A stretch of DNA of 64,000 nt from Alphaproteobacteria bacterium. GTDB taxonomy: Bacteria > Pseudomonadota > Alphaproteobacteria > UBA2966. Below, piece by piece: positions 21,186 through 31,142 of the stretch. Where the stretch lies: positions 128,001 through 192,000 of the forward strand of contig OZ219856.1 in assembly GCA_964291395.2 (NCBI GenBank), written 5' to 3'. Made by a program: the position numbers and the translations under genes. The number at the start of each line of letters is the position of its first letter. The first letter of the stretch is position 1. The notes beneath the pieces were generated by a model, which saw nothing but the letters and a program-made list of their open reading frames with translations, did no database searches and was not told the DNA's origin.

Positions 21186-22544
21186 TCAGTAGGCATATTC
21201 TTCGAAGGCGGGATCGACATTTCGATCCCATCGTGTCTCGTAGGCTTGGAGCAGTTCCTCGGCGGGAGAGACACCGGACTCCGCAATCGTTCGAAGAGGG
21301 TTCAAGAAGTGGTCTTCATTGTCCCCCATGCTGTCACGGATACCTCGGCGGCGGAGGCCTTGACTACAGATTTCCATCACCTCGAGCGTGATGTCTCTCA
21401 CGGAACGGCCACGGAATTCCGCTTTCAGCGCCCGGCGCGTGACGTCCGCGTGGAGCGACACCACGTCTTCATGACTCCAGTCCTTGCACAACTCGAACGC
21501 TGCGTCCAGGGCCGACGCCTCATAGAGCAAACCGACCCAAAGCGCGGGCAGCGCGCATAGCCTGCCCCACGGCCCGCCGTCCGCCCCCCGGAGTTCCAGG
21601 AAATGTTTCAGCCGGACCTCGGGAAACGCCGTGGACACGTGGTCTTGCCAGTCCTGCAGCGTGGGCCGCTCGCCAGGAAGCTCTTCCAGCTTTCCATCGA
21701 GAAAGTCGCGGAACGATCGTCCGGCGACGTCGACGTAACGGTCCCGATGGACGAAATACATCGGGACGTCCAGCATGTAGTCCGTGTAGCGCTCGAACCC
21801 CATGCCGTCCTCGAAGGCAAACGGCAGGAATCCCGTGCGGTCGGGATCGGTGTCCGTCCACACGTAACCCCGATAGCTCAGGTGACCGTTCGGCTTTCCT
21901 TCCTTGAACGGGGAGTTGGCGAACAACGCGGTGGCGATCGGCTGTAGCTTGAGCGCCACCCGCATCTTCTTCACCATGTCGGCTTCGGATGCGTAGTCGA
22001 GATTTACCTGAACCGTGCAGGTCCGAAACATCATGTCGAGGCCGAGCGAACCACGAGTCGGCATGTATCGGCGCATGATGCCGTACCGTCCCTTCGGCAT
22101 GAGGGGCATATCCTCATACTTCCATTTCGGGTGGTATCCGAGACCGAGAAATCCCACGTCCAGCTCGGCGCCAATCTGCTTCACTTGGGCCAGGTGCGTG
22201 TTCACCTCATGACAGGTTTGATGAAGATTTTCGAGGGGGGCGCCCGAGAGCTCGACCGCACCGCTTGGCTCGAGCGTTACCGCCTGTCCGTCCAAGGTCA
22301 GTGCTATGACGTTCCCGTCCTCGAACACCGGGGCCCAGTTGAACCGTTGCAGACGTTCCAGGATGGCGCGAATTCCGACATCGCCTTCATACGGCAGAGG
22401 GCGTAGATCACTTCGGCGGTAGGCGAATTTTTCATGCTCGGTCCCGATTCGCCAGTCGACAGGCCGCTTGCAGCCGCGCTCGAAATAGGAGACGAGGTCG
22501 GTCCGATCGTTGATCAACGGCGACTCGGCGTGTGGACCTGCCAA
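21186..22544 (-). CDS. gshA: Glutamate--cysteine ligase (plant/alphaproteobacterial type)
   Basis: IGTEHEKF, MPKGRY, TCTVQVNLD, FPEVRLK, LRGADGGPW. Confidence 0.95.
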   Translation of the reverse strand: MAGPHAESPLINDRTDLVSYFERGCKRPVDWRIGTEHEKFAYRRSDLRPLPYEGDVGIRAILERLQRFNWAPVFEDGNVIALTLDGQAVTLEPSGAVELSGAPLENLHQTCHEVNTHLAQVKQIGAELDVGFLGLGYHPKWKYEDMPLMPKGRYGIMRRYMPTRGSLGLDMMFRTCTVQVNLDYASEADMVKKMRVALKLQPIATALFANSPFKEGKPNGHLSYRGYVWTDTDPDRTGFLPFAFEDGMGFERYTDYMLDVPMYFVHRDRYVDVAGRSFRDFLDGKLEELPGERPTLQDWQDHVSTAFPEVRLKHFLELRGADGGPWGRLCALPALWVGLLYEASALDAAFELCKDWSHEDVVSLHADVTRRALKAEFRGRSVRDITLEVMEICSQGLRRRGIRDSMGDNEDHFLNPLRTIAESGVSPAEELLQAYETRWDRNVDPAFEEYAY

Positions 22545-22655
22545 ATCGAATTCCTCTCGCCGGATGATTTACCAGGAAGACGGAAAATTTTGCGCTCAAC
22601 TAGCAGTCTCGCCTCTTCACGGCAAGTGCCGAACGCGTCATGGCGTATTCGTCCG

Positions 22656-23399
22656 TCACGGTACGGTCATCCGGGATTGGAGAATTCCGAGCGCGACGGT
22701 AGCCGCCGTCTCGCTGCGGAGAAGACGCGGTCCGAGATCGACGCCCAGAACTCTCTCATGGCCGGCAATGAACGTCCGTTCGGCCAGGTCGAAACCACCT
22801 TCGGGGCCGATAAGTACCGCCCATGGTCCCTGTAGGTCGGATCCGTTCAGTCCGTCGAGCACCTTGGCAATCGGAGGGCTGTCACCCGATTCGTCGCACC
22901 AGAGGAGCCTGCGGGAAAGATCCAACGATCCCAGAAATCGGTTCAGTGTCACCGGTTCGCCCACGCCCGGGACGGACAATCGGCCGCATTGCTCGGCGGC
23001 CTCCTTCGCACTGGACAGGAGCCGGTCGACGTTGGTGCGCGAAACAACGGTCCGCCGGGTCACGACCGGCTGAATGTGTGTGGCGCCGAGTTCCGTGGCC
23101 TTTTCGGCAAGGGCCATCATGCGCGCCCGTTTGATCGGCGCGGCTACAATCCAGATATCCGCCTCCGTCGCCTGGGGCCGCAACATGTCTTGCACGACAA
23201 TCGCACAACTCCGGTGCCCCATCTCCGTGACCATGGCCTGCCATTCCCCGTCACGTCCATTAAAGAGAACCAAGGAGTCGCCAATGCCAAGGCGCATCAC
23301 TGTGCCAGCGTAGTGAGCGGCCGCGGAATCTAGGTCAAGCGTTGCGCCGCTGGAGAGGGACGAGTCGACGAACAGCCGGACCTTGGCAACCTTCACCAT
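22656..23399 (-). CDS. rsmE: 16S rRNA m3U1498 methyltransferase
   Basis: EKATELG, EAAEQCGR, IGPEGGF, LGPRLLRSETA. Confidence 0.95.
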   Translation of the reverse strand: MVKVAKVRLFVDSSLSSGATLDLDSAAAHYAGTVMRLGIGDSLVLFNGRDGEWQAMVTEMGHRSCAIVVQDMLRPQATEADIWIVAAPIKRARMMALAEKATELGATHIQPVVTRRTVVSRTNVDRLLSSAKEAAEQCGRLSVPGVGEPVTLNRFLGSLDLSRRLLWCDESGDSPPIAKVLDGLNGSDLQGPWAVLIGPEGGFDLAERTFIAGHERVLGVDLGPRLLRSETAATVALGILQSRMTVP

Positions 23400-23467
23400 G
23401 CCTTCTCTCCGTGAACAGGTTCGGACGATTCTTGCCGGGGACCCCGAAGCGCGATAGTGCTAGGCCG

Positions 23468-24427
23468 ATGGGAAGAGATGCCGACGCGCAGATCGCCGAC
23501 GCCAAGACCGGCAACTGGGTCGATCGCCTTGCCCCAGGCTTCCTGAAGCCGTACCTCAAGCTCGGCCGGTTCGATCGGCCGATCGGATACTGGCTGCTGT
23601 TGTGGCCCTGCTGGTGGTCGGTGGCCCTGGCCGCACGCGAACTCCCCGATGGCTGGCGGTTTGCGCTTGCCGGCGGAAACGGGTGGCCCGATCCGGTTTT
23701 GCTCGTGCTGTTCTATGTCGGTGCCGTCGCCATGCGAGCAGCCGGCTGTGCGTACAACGATATCGTCGACCGCGATATCGACGGTGCCGTGGAGCGCACT
23801 GCACTGCGTCCCCTGCCCAGCGGCCAAATCTCGCCCACGCAAGCCGCATTGTTCGGAATACTGATGGCGCTGATCGGCCTGGCCGTCCTCGCGACTTTCA
23901 ACGGCTTCGCGATCATGTTGGGTGTCGCCTCGCTCGTGATCGTTGCGTTCTACCCGCACATGAAGCGTATGACCCACTACCCGCAGGTGGTGCTGGGCCT
24001 CGCCTTCAATTGGGGCGCGCTGATGGGCTGGGCCGTGCTGACCGGTAGTCTTCACCCAGCACCGGTCGTGCTGTTCCTCGCGGGCATTGCTTGGACGCTG
24101 GGCTATGACACGGTCTACGCGCATCAGGACAAGGAAGATGATCTACTCGTGGGCGTGAAGTCCATGGCGATCAAGCTGGGATCAACCACGAGACCCTGGC
24201 TGGCCATGTTTTACGCTACCTCAATCATCGGAATTCTGGCTGCCGGATGGCTCGTGGATATCGGGGTCCCATTCTACGTCGGCATGTTACTCGTCGCGGC
24301 GCAGTTTGCTTGGCAAGTTATCGACATCGACATCGACTCACCCGAAGATTGTCTCGGCAAGTTCCGGTCGAACCATTTGTTGGGAGCATTGGTTTTTCTA
24401 GCGATCGCGACAGGCAGCATATTCTGA
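23468..24427 (+). CDS. ubiA: 4-hydroxybenzoate polyprenyltransferase
   Basis: RFDRPIG, NDIVDRDID, RPLPSG, YDTVYAHQDKEDD. Confidence 0.95.
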   Translation: MGRDADAQIADAKTGNWVDRLAPGFLKPYLKLGRFDRPIGYWLLLWPCWWSVALAARELPDGWRFALAGGNGWPDPVLLVLFYVGAVAMRAAGCAYNDIVDRDIDGAVERTALRPLPSGQISPTQAALFGILMALIGLAVLATFNGFAIMLGVASLVIVAFYPHMKRMTHYPQVVLGLAFNWGALMGWAVLTGSLHPAPVVLFLAGIAWTLGYDTVYAHQDKEDDLLVGVKSMAIKLGSTTRPWLAMFYATSIIGILAAGWLVDIGVPFYVGMLLVAAQFAWQVIDIDIDSPEDCLGKFRSNHLLGALVFLAIATGSIF

Positions 24428-24569
24428 CGACTTTATCACGCGGCACCCCGACCGGTCCGGAGACACCTGATCGGAGAACTCCCGTGCTGCCCAAGCCGGG
24501 CAAGCCAAGTGCCAGCGACATCAAACGGCGTCGCCTGTCGCCCCAAAATCAGGCCGCCGATATACTCCC

Positions 24570-26105
24570 ATGTTCGCCAAACGCCGCGAGCCCGCGATGA
24601 CATTCGACTCCCTCAGAGATTTCGTTGACGCGCTGGAGCGTACCGGACAACTCGTCCGGGTATCGCAACCTGTCTCGACGGTCCTCGAAATGACCGAAAT
24701 CCAGACGCGGTTGCTCGCGAATGGCGGACCAGCGGTGCTCTTTGAAAATCCCGTGGACGAAGCCGGACGACCGTGCGGGATGCCCGTCCTCGTGAATCTG
24801 TTCGGAACCGTCGCCCGGGTGGGACGGGGGATAGACCGTGAGCCCGACGCACTCCGGGAACTCGGAGAAACCTTGGCCTTTCTTCGGCAGCCGGAACCGC
24901 CGGGCGGATGGCGTGAGGCCCTGACGATGGCGCCCATGCTGAAGACGGCGATGTCGATGAAACCCAAGACGGTGTCAAAAGGGCCGGTGCAGGACGTGAT
25001 CCTGACCGGGGACGAAATCGACCTCTCACGGCTTCCGGTCCAGGTATGCTGGCCAGGGGAACCGGCCCCCCTCATCACCTGGCCACTCGTGGTGACGAAG
25101 GGACCGGGCGACCGAAAGGAGGACGACTTCAATCTCGGCATATACCGCATGCAGGTAACGGGGCGGGACAGCACCTACATGCGCTGGCTCAAGCATCGGG
25201 GCGGCGCCCAACAACACGCACGCTGGAAGGACGAACGCGACGAACCTCTTCCCGCGGCGGCCGTGATCGGTGCCGATCCCGGCACGATCATCGCAGCCGT
25301 GACGCCGGTCCCCGACACCATGTCGGAGTATCGGTTCGCGGGATTGTTGCGGAACGCCGGCGTCGAACTCGTCGACTGCAGGACCGTACCCCTCAAGGTG
25401 CCGGCAACCGCGGAGATCGTCCTCGAAGGCCACGTTTCGCTCGACGAATACGGAGATGAAGGTCCGTACGGGGACCATACCGGCTACTACAACGCGGCCG
25501 AGCCGTTTCCCGTGTTCCGGGTCTCGGCGATCACCATGCGGAGAGATCCGATCTATCTCTCCACCTTCACGGGTCGTCCGCCGGATGAGCCCAGCATCCT
25601 GGGCGAGGCGTTGAACGAGCTTTTCGTTCCCCTGCTCCGGCAGCAGTTCCCGGAAATCGTCGATTTCTGGCTGCCGCCGGAGGCCTGCTCCTACCGCGTG
25701 GCGGTGGTCTCGATGAAAAAGGCCTACGCGGGACACGCCAAGCGGGTGATGATGGCCGTCTGGTCCTACCTGAGGCAGTTCACGTACACCAAGTTCGTCA
25801 TCGTCATCGATGACGATCTCGACGCCCGGAACTGGACCGACGTGATCTGGGCAATCTCGACGAACGTCGATCCGGCGCGCGACGTCACGACGGTGGAAAA
25901 CACACCCATCGACTATCTCGATTTTGCGTCACCCGAGTCCGGGCTGGGCAGCAAGATGGGGATCGACGCCACCACCAAGATTCCACCCGAAACGAAGCGG
26001 GAATGGGGGCGCAAGATCCGCATGTCGGACGACATCATCGACCTGGTATCGGAGAAATGGCCGAAACTGGGGTTGCCCGGTGCCGGCAAACCCATCTGGA
26101 AGTAA
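24570..26105 (+). CDS. ubiD: UbiD family decarboxylase (alternative start 24597)
   Basis: NLGIYRMQ, EGPYGDHTGYY, GRPPDEP, DYLDFASPESGLGSKMGIDAT; adjacent to ubiA. Confidence 0.95.
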   Translation: MFAKRREPAMTFDSLRDFVDALERTGQLVRVSQPVSTVLEMTEIQTRLLANGGPAVLFENPVDEAGRPCGMPVLVNLFGTVARVGRGIDREPDALRELGETLAFLRQPEPPGGWREALTMAPMLKTAMSMKPKTVSKGPVQDVILTGDEIDLSRLPVQVCWPGEPAPLITWPLVVTKGPGDRKEDDFNLGIYRMQVTGRDSTYMRWLKHRGGAQQHARWKDERDEPLPAAAVIGADPGTIIAAVTPVPDTMSEYRFAGLLRNAGVELVDCRTVPLKVPATAEIVLEGHVSLDEYGDEGPYGDHTGYYNAAEPFPVFRVSAITMRRDPIYLSTFTGRPPDEPSILGEALNELFVPLLRQQFPEIVDFWLPPEACSYRVAVVSMKKAYAGHAKRVMMAVWSYLRQFTYTKFVIVIDDDLDARNWTDVIWAISTNVDPARDVTTVENTPIDYLDFASPESGLGSKMGIDATTKIPPETKREWGRKIRMSDDIIDLVSEKWPKLGLPGAGKPIWK

Positions 26106-26235
26106 TGGCGGTTAAACCGGAAACCTCGGCGGCGGACCTGCGGAACCTGCCCCCGCGCGGGCTTGGCGCGCAATGCCATCGAGCCCACCCGAGGGTGGCG
26201 CGGCAATCGCCGGAACCTATATAACCCTTCTGCAA

Positions 26236-27603
26236 ATGACCGAACCCGCCACGACGTCCACGCCATCCGGAGAATCCGCCGCCGAACTGCTGGACGATCT
26301 GATCAGGAAGGCGTTGGTGCTAGGCGCCGACGCCGCGGACGCCCTGCGGGTGGGCGGCGTTTCCCTGGGCGTGTCGCAGCGACTGGGAAAACGGGAAGAC
26401 CTCGAGAGATCCGAGACCAGCGACGTGGGATTCCGCGTCTTCATCGGCAAGCGGCAGGCCATCGTCTCGTCCACGGATACCTCGCCGGCAGCCCTCGACG
26501 AACTCGTCGAACGGGCCGTAGCGATGGCTAGGGTGGCGCCCGAAGATCCTTATTGCGGGTTGGCCGACCCCGATCTCCTCGCGTCGGCGGTGGACGACCT
26601 CGATCTGTTCGACGTCCACGAATGCGACGCTGACGAGTTGTACGATCGCGCCGCCGAAGCCGAGGATGCCGCGCGCGCCCATCCCGGCATCACGAATTCG
26701 GAAGGCGCGGATGCGAGCTGGAGCGTGAGGACGGTCGACCTTGCCACCAGCCACGGCTTTGCGGGCCGCTACCAAACCTCGAGCTACAGCGTAAGTGCCG
26801 CTGTGGTGGCGGGCGAAGGCACTGCGATGGAGCGGGATTACGACTATGCCGTGGCGCGACATCTAGAGGACCTTGAGGACGCGGCCGACGTCGGCCGGCG
26901 CGCCGGCGAGCGCACGGTAAAACGGCTCAACCCGAGGAAGGCGGAAACCTCGCAAGTCCCGGTGGTTTTCGATCCTCGGGTCAGCGGAGGCATCGTCGGA
27001 CATTTCTCGGGCGCCTTGACCGGCCCGGCCGTCGCACGTGGCACGAGCTTTCTGAAAGACCGAAAGGGGCGGCAGGTCTTTCCGACGAACGTCACCGTAA
27101 CCGACGATCCCCACCGCGCGCGCGGTTTGGCGTCGAAACCGTTCGACGGCGAAGGAGTCTCCAATCAAAGGACGGTTCTCGCGAAGTCAGGCGTCCTCGA
27201 GACCTGGATCCTAGACTCGGCGTCGGCCCGGCAATTGGGCCTGAAGACGACGGGACATGCCGGAAGAGGCGCCTCTTCGCCTCCGTCACCGTCCACGACC
27301 AATCTGTACATGGATGCCGGTGAGCCCACGCCACGGGATCTGATGGCGGATATTTCCAGCGGGTTCTATGTCACCGAATTGATCGGATTCGGCGTCAACC
27401 CGATCACCGGCGACTACAGTCGAGGGGCCGCCGGGTTCTGGATCGAGAATGGGGAGATTTCCCATCCCGTCAGCGAAGTGACCATCGCAGGCAACCTCAA
27501 GGACATGTTCATGAACCTGGTGCCTGCCAACGATCTGAAGTTCCGCTATGCCACGAACGCGCCGACGCTTCGCATCGACGGCATGACCGTGGCCGGCGCG
27601 TGA
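26236..27603 (+). CDS. pmbA: TldE/PmbA family protein
   Basis: MERDY, FDGEGV, GVNPITGDYSRGAAGF, EVTIAGNL. Confidence 0.92.
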   Translation: MTEPATTSTPSGESAAELLDDLIRKALVLGADAADALRVGGVSLGVSQRLGKREDLERSETSDVGFRVFIGKRQAIVSSTDTSPAALDELVERAVAMARVAPEDPYCGLADPDLLASAVDDLDLFDVHECDADELYDRAAEAEDAARAHPGITNSEGADASWSVRTVDLATSHGFAGRYQTSSYSVSAAVVAGEGTAMERDYDYAVARHLEDLEDAADVGRRAGERTVKRLNPRKAETSQVPVVFDPRVSGGIVGHFSGALTGPAVARGTSFLKDRKGRQVFPTNVTVTDDPHRARGLASKPFDGEGVSNQRTVLAKSGVLETWILDSASARQLGLKTTGHAGRGASSPPSPSTTNLYMDAGEPTPRDLMADISSGFYVTELIGFGVNPITGDYSRGAAGFWIENGEISHPVSEVTIAGNLKDMFMNLVPANDLKFRYATNAPTLRIDGMTVAGA

Positions 27604-28400
27604 CCACCCGCATCGCGCCGGCCTCCTCGGGCGATCTCGGAGGAGACCATAGGCTCCTCGTCCACGCCGTGCGCGAGGCGGGCGAGGTCGCGCGGCGGTA
27701 TTTCGAGGCGGGCGCAAAGTCCTGGCACAAGAATCCCGGCAATCCCGTAACCGAGGCCGACATCGCTGTCGACTCGCTGCTGCGCGAGCGACTCTGCGCC
27801 GATCGCCCTGATTACGGCTGGTTGTCGGAGGAAACCGAGGACGACCTTTCCCGCCTCGAACGTCGTCGCGTCTGGATCGTGGACCCGATAGACGGCACCC
27901 GCGCCTTCATGGCCGGGCGAGCGGAATTCACGATCAGCGCCGGGCTCATCGAGGAAGGCCGGCCGATCCTCGGCGCCGTCCTCAATCCGATCACGGGGGA
28001 GTTGTTCGAGGCGATGAAGAAGGGGGGTGCCCGATGCAACGGCGAACGGCTCGAGACTCCCGATGCCGTGGCCCTGAACGATGCTCGATTGCTGGCAAGC
28101 CGGCGCGCGCTGGAGCGCCGGCAAGGTTTCGGCACTCTGCCCTGTGCCCGATTCAGTTTCATCAACTCGATCGCCTATCGCATGTCACTGGTCGCGCAGA
28201 ATAGATTCGACGCCACGATCTCGCTCGCCAAGAAAAGCGATTGGGACATCGCGGCGGCGGAACTGATCGTCACCGAGTCCGGTGGACTGGCGGCCGCGCC
28301 CGACGGCTCTCCTCTCCGCTACAATGGCAGATCCACGGAGCACGCAGGCGTCATCGCCGCCGGTCCGAAACTGTTCCGAGAAATTCTGAGCCGCCTGTAG
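27600..28400 (+). CDS. cysQ: 3'(2'),5'-bisphosphate nucleotidase / inositol monophosphatase family
   Basis: PVTEAD, WLSEE, WIVDPIDGT, WDIAAA. Confidence 0.85.
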   Translation: MTTRIAPASSGDLGGDHRLLVHAVREAGEVARRYFEAGAKSWHKNPGNPVTEADIAVDSLLRERLCADRPDYGWLSEETEDDLSRLERRRVWIVDPIDGTRAFMAGRAEFTISAGLIEEGRPILGAVLNPITGELFEAMKKGGARCNGERLETPDAVALNDARLLASRRALERRQGFGTLPCARFSFINSIAYRMSLVAQNRFDATISLAKKSDWDIAAAELIVTESGGLAAAPDGSPLRYNGRSTEHAGVIAAGPKLFREILSRL

Positions 28401-28565
28401 ACCCCGCTGGATGTAACCATTCAATAGAAGCTTATATTCGAAGGTAGGTAACCGTCTGCCCCGATCCCTCGCATAAATGGGGTGACGCCCGAGGCGTCTT
28501 GCCGTCTCTTTGGCCCTGGTCTTGAGCTGTGTTACATTCAACTTTGAAAACAAGGGGTTAGCCAT

Positions 28566-30377
28566 TTGACCAGTGCGCACGCGGAAGGTCCGGTGGGCGA
28601 TCCGCAACCCATGTCTAGCCACATGCTCGTTGCGCGACTGTATCGCGGCCACATCCGCCGTCATCTCGGCAAGCTGGGTTTCGCGGCGGTCTGCATGATC
28701 GTCGTCGCCGCGGCGACCGCGGCCAACGCCTGGTTGATGGAGCCCTTCCTCGACAAGGTCTTCCTCGAGCGGAGCGAGACGATGCTTCTGCTGGTGCCGC
28801 TCGCCGTTCTCGCAATCACCCTGATCAAGGGTGTTGCCGGGTATCTGCAGGGCTACATCATGGCGGCCGTGGGCCAGCGCATCGTCGCCGACGTTCAGAT
28901 CGACCTCTTCGGTCATTTGATGCGCGCAGACCTCCACTACTTCCAGCGGACGACATCGGGGAGATTGATCTCCAATTTCCTCAACGACGCCAATCTCCTG
29001 CACTACGCGGTGTCCAGGGCCCTTACCGGGATCGCCAAGGACTCGCTGATGCTTGCCTTCTTGGTCGCCCTGATGTTTCACCAGGACTGGCGCCTCGCCA
29101 CCGTCACCTGCGTTATCTTTCCCGTCGCGATACTGCCGGTTCGCAATCTTGGCCGGCGGGCGCGCAAAGCCTCGACGCAAACGCAGGAGCGGACCGGCCG
29201 GTTCTCGGCGATCCTGACCGAGACGCTGCAGGCGGCGCGGCACGTCAAGGCCTACGGCATGGAGACATACGAATCGGAGCGGGCGCGGGACGCCATCGAC
29301 GCCCGGCTGCGGGCGATCTACAAGGCCGTGAAGACACGGGCGGCGGCCACGCCGATCATGGAGACACTGGGCGGGATCGCGATCGCCGCGATCATCTACT
29401 ACGGCGGCAGCCGGGTCATCGCCGGCGAGACGACGCCGGGAACCATCTTCTCCTTCGTCACGGCACTGGTCATGGCGTATCAGCCCATGAAGAGCCTCGC
29501 CAATCTGAACACGGCGCTTCAGGAAGGGCTCGCCGCGGCGCAGCGGATATTCGCGATGCTGGACGTCGAGCCCGGCATCAAGGAAAGACCGGGTGCCCGG
29601 CCGCTACGACTGAACGGCGGCGAAGTCCGTTTCGAGAACGTCACTTTCGTCTACCCCGACGGGCAACCGGCACTTCTGGACATCGACCTCACGGTGCCGC
29701 CGGGTCGCCGCGTGGCGCTCGTTGGCGCCTCCGGCGCCGGCAAGTCGACACTCCTGAATCTGATTCCTCGCTTTTATGACCCCACGTCGGGCCGGGTGCT
29801 GATCGACGACCAGGACATCCGGGAGGTCAGTCTGGGATCGGTCCGTGCCAGCATCGGGCTGGTCAGCCAGGAGGCAATCCTCTTCGACGACACGGTTCGT
29901 GCCAACATCGCCTACGGGCGTCCCGGAGCCGGCTCTACGGACATCGAAGCGGCGGCCCGCGCCGCGGCGGCCGACATGTTCATTCGCGCGATCGAGGGGG
30001 GGTATGACGGAGCGGTCGGTGAATCGGGGACCCGGCTTTCGGGAGGCCAGCGTCAGCGCATCGCCATCGCCCGGGCCATGCTCAAGGACGCGCCGATCCT
30101 GTTGTTGGACGAAGCCACGTCGGCGTTGGACTTGGAGTCGGAACGGCAGGTGCAGGACGCGCTCATGACGCTAATGGAAGGTCGTACCACCTTGATCGTC
30201 GCCCACCGGCTGTCGACGGTCATCGATGCGGATATCATTCACGTCATTGATCAGGGCCGTATCGTCGAATCGGGATCCCACGCGGAACTGATGGCCCGGG
30301 CAGGCGTTTACGCGAGGCTCTATCGGTCGCAATCGAAAGCCTCGGACGAGGCCCCGGCCCTGCAAGCGCGCGCGTGA
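28566..30377 (+). CDS. msbA: Lipid A ABC exporter MsbA-like (alternative start 28611)
   Basis: N-terminal TM domain plus GASGAGKST, LSGGQRQR, LLDEATSALD; upstream of waaA-lpxK. Confidence 0.88.
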   Translation: MTSAHAEGPVGDPQPMSSHMLVARLYRGHIRRHLGKLGFAAVCMIVVAAATAANAWLMEPFLDKVFLERSETMLLLVPLAVLAITLIKGVAGYLQGYIMAAVGQRIVADVQIDLFGHLMRADLHYFQRTTSGRLISNFLNDANLLHYAVSRALTGIAKDSLMLAFLVALMFHQDWRLATVTCVIFPVAILPVRNLGRRARKASTQTQERTGRFSAILTETLQAARHVKAYGMETYESERARDAIDARLRAIYKAVKTRAAATPIMETLGGIAIAAIIYYGGSRVIAGETTPGTIFSFVTALVMAYQPMKSLANLNTALQEGLAAAQRIFAMLDVEPGIKERPGARPLRLNGGEVRFENVTFVYPDGQPALLDIDLTVPPGRRVALVGASGAGKSTLLNLIPRFYDPTSGRVLIDDQDIREVSLGSVRASIGLVSQEAILFDDTVRANIAYGRPGAGSTDIEAAARAAAADMFIRAIEGGYDGAVGESGTRLSGGQRQRIAIARAMLKDAPILLLDEATSALDLESERQVQDALMTLMEGRTTLIVAHRLSTVIDADIIHVIDQGRIVESGSHAELMARAGVYARLYRSQSKASDEAPALQARA

Positions 30378-30410
30378 TCCCGCAACGGTCAGCCGGGCCA
30401 CGTCGCCCGA

Positions 30411-31142
30411 GTGTGTGAGGTGTATAAACGCATCCTGCATATGCCACCGATCCGAGCCATCTTGTGCTGGCTCGGTGCCGCCTATATCAGGCTGGTCTAT
30501 GCGACCAGCCGGTGGGAAACGCGGAACGCCGAGGCCGTAAACACGCTTTGGGACGCGGACTCGCCATTCATTCTGGCGTTCTGGCACGGGCGGCTGTTTA
30601 TGATGCCGACCGTCTGGCGCAGAGGCGTGCCGATCCGCATGCTGATTTCGCGACATCGGGACGGCGAGCTGATCGCCCGTACCGTGCGCCACTTCGGGAT
30701 CGACACCATCCGGGGTTCCACGTCTCAGGGAGGCGGAGGCGCCCTGCGCGAAGTCGTGCGCACGTTGAAATCCGGTAAGTGGGTCGGATTTACACCGGAC
30801 GGACCCCGCGGCCCGCGTATGCAAGTGAGTGACGGCATCATCTCCGTCGCCAGGCTGGCGGGGGTGCCGATCATTCCAAGCGCTTGCGCGGTGTCCCACC
30901 GCAAAGTGCTCCCCTCCTGGGATCGATTCGCGATTCCTTTCCCGTTCTCACGAGGCATACACATATGGGGTGAGCCCCTTTCCGTCCCGCGTGATGCGGA
31001 CGAGGAAACGCTCGAGGCTTCCCGGCGGTCGCTGGAACGGTCTCTCAACGAGATTACGGCGGCGGCAGACCGGTACTGCGGGGTGGACGTGATCACGCCG
31101 GCGCCCATCGCGGCCCCCGCCCGCTCGAACGCCGACACCTAA
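30411..31142 (+). CDS. DUF374 / lysophospholipid acyltransferase family protein
   Basis: FWHGR, SRHRDGE, IRGST, TPDGPRGP, SWDRF. Confidence 0.88.
   Translation: MCEVYKRILHMPPIRAILCWLGAAYIRLVYATSRWETRNAEAVNTLWDADSPFILAFWHGRLFMMPTVWRRGVPIRMLISRHRDGELIARTVRHFGIDTIRGSTSQGGGGALREVVRTLKSGKWVGFTPDGPRGPRMQVSDGIISVARLAGVPIIPSACAVSHRKVLPSWDRFAIPFPFSRGIHIWGEPLSVPRDADEETLEASRRSLERSLNEITAAADRYCGVDVITPAPIAAPARSNADT

Noticed and set aside
28401-28565. AT-richer gap before msbA
   Set aside because: No complete CtrA (TTAA-N7-TTAA) box or structured RNA recognisable; likely an ordinary promoter
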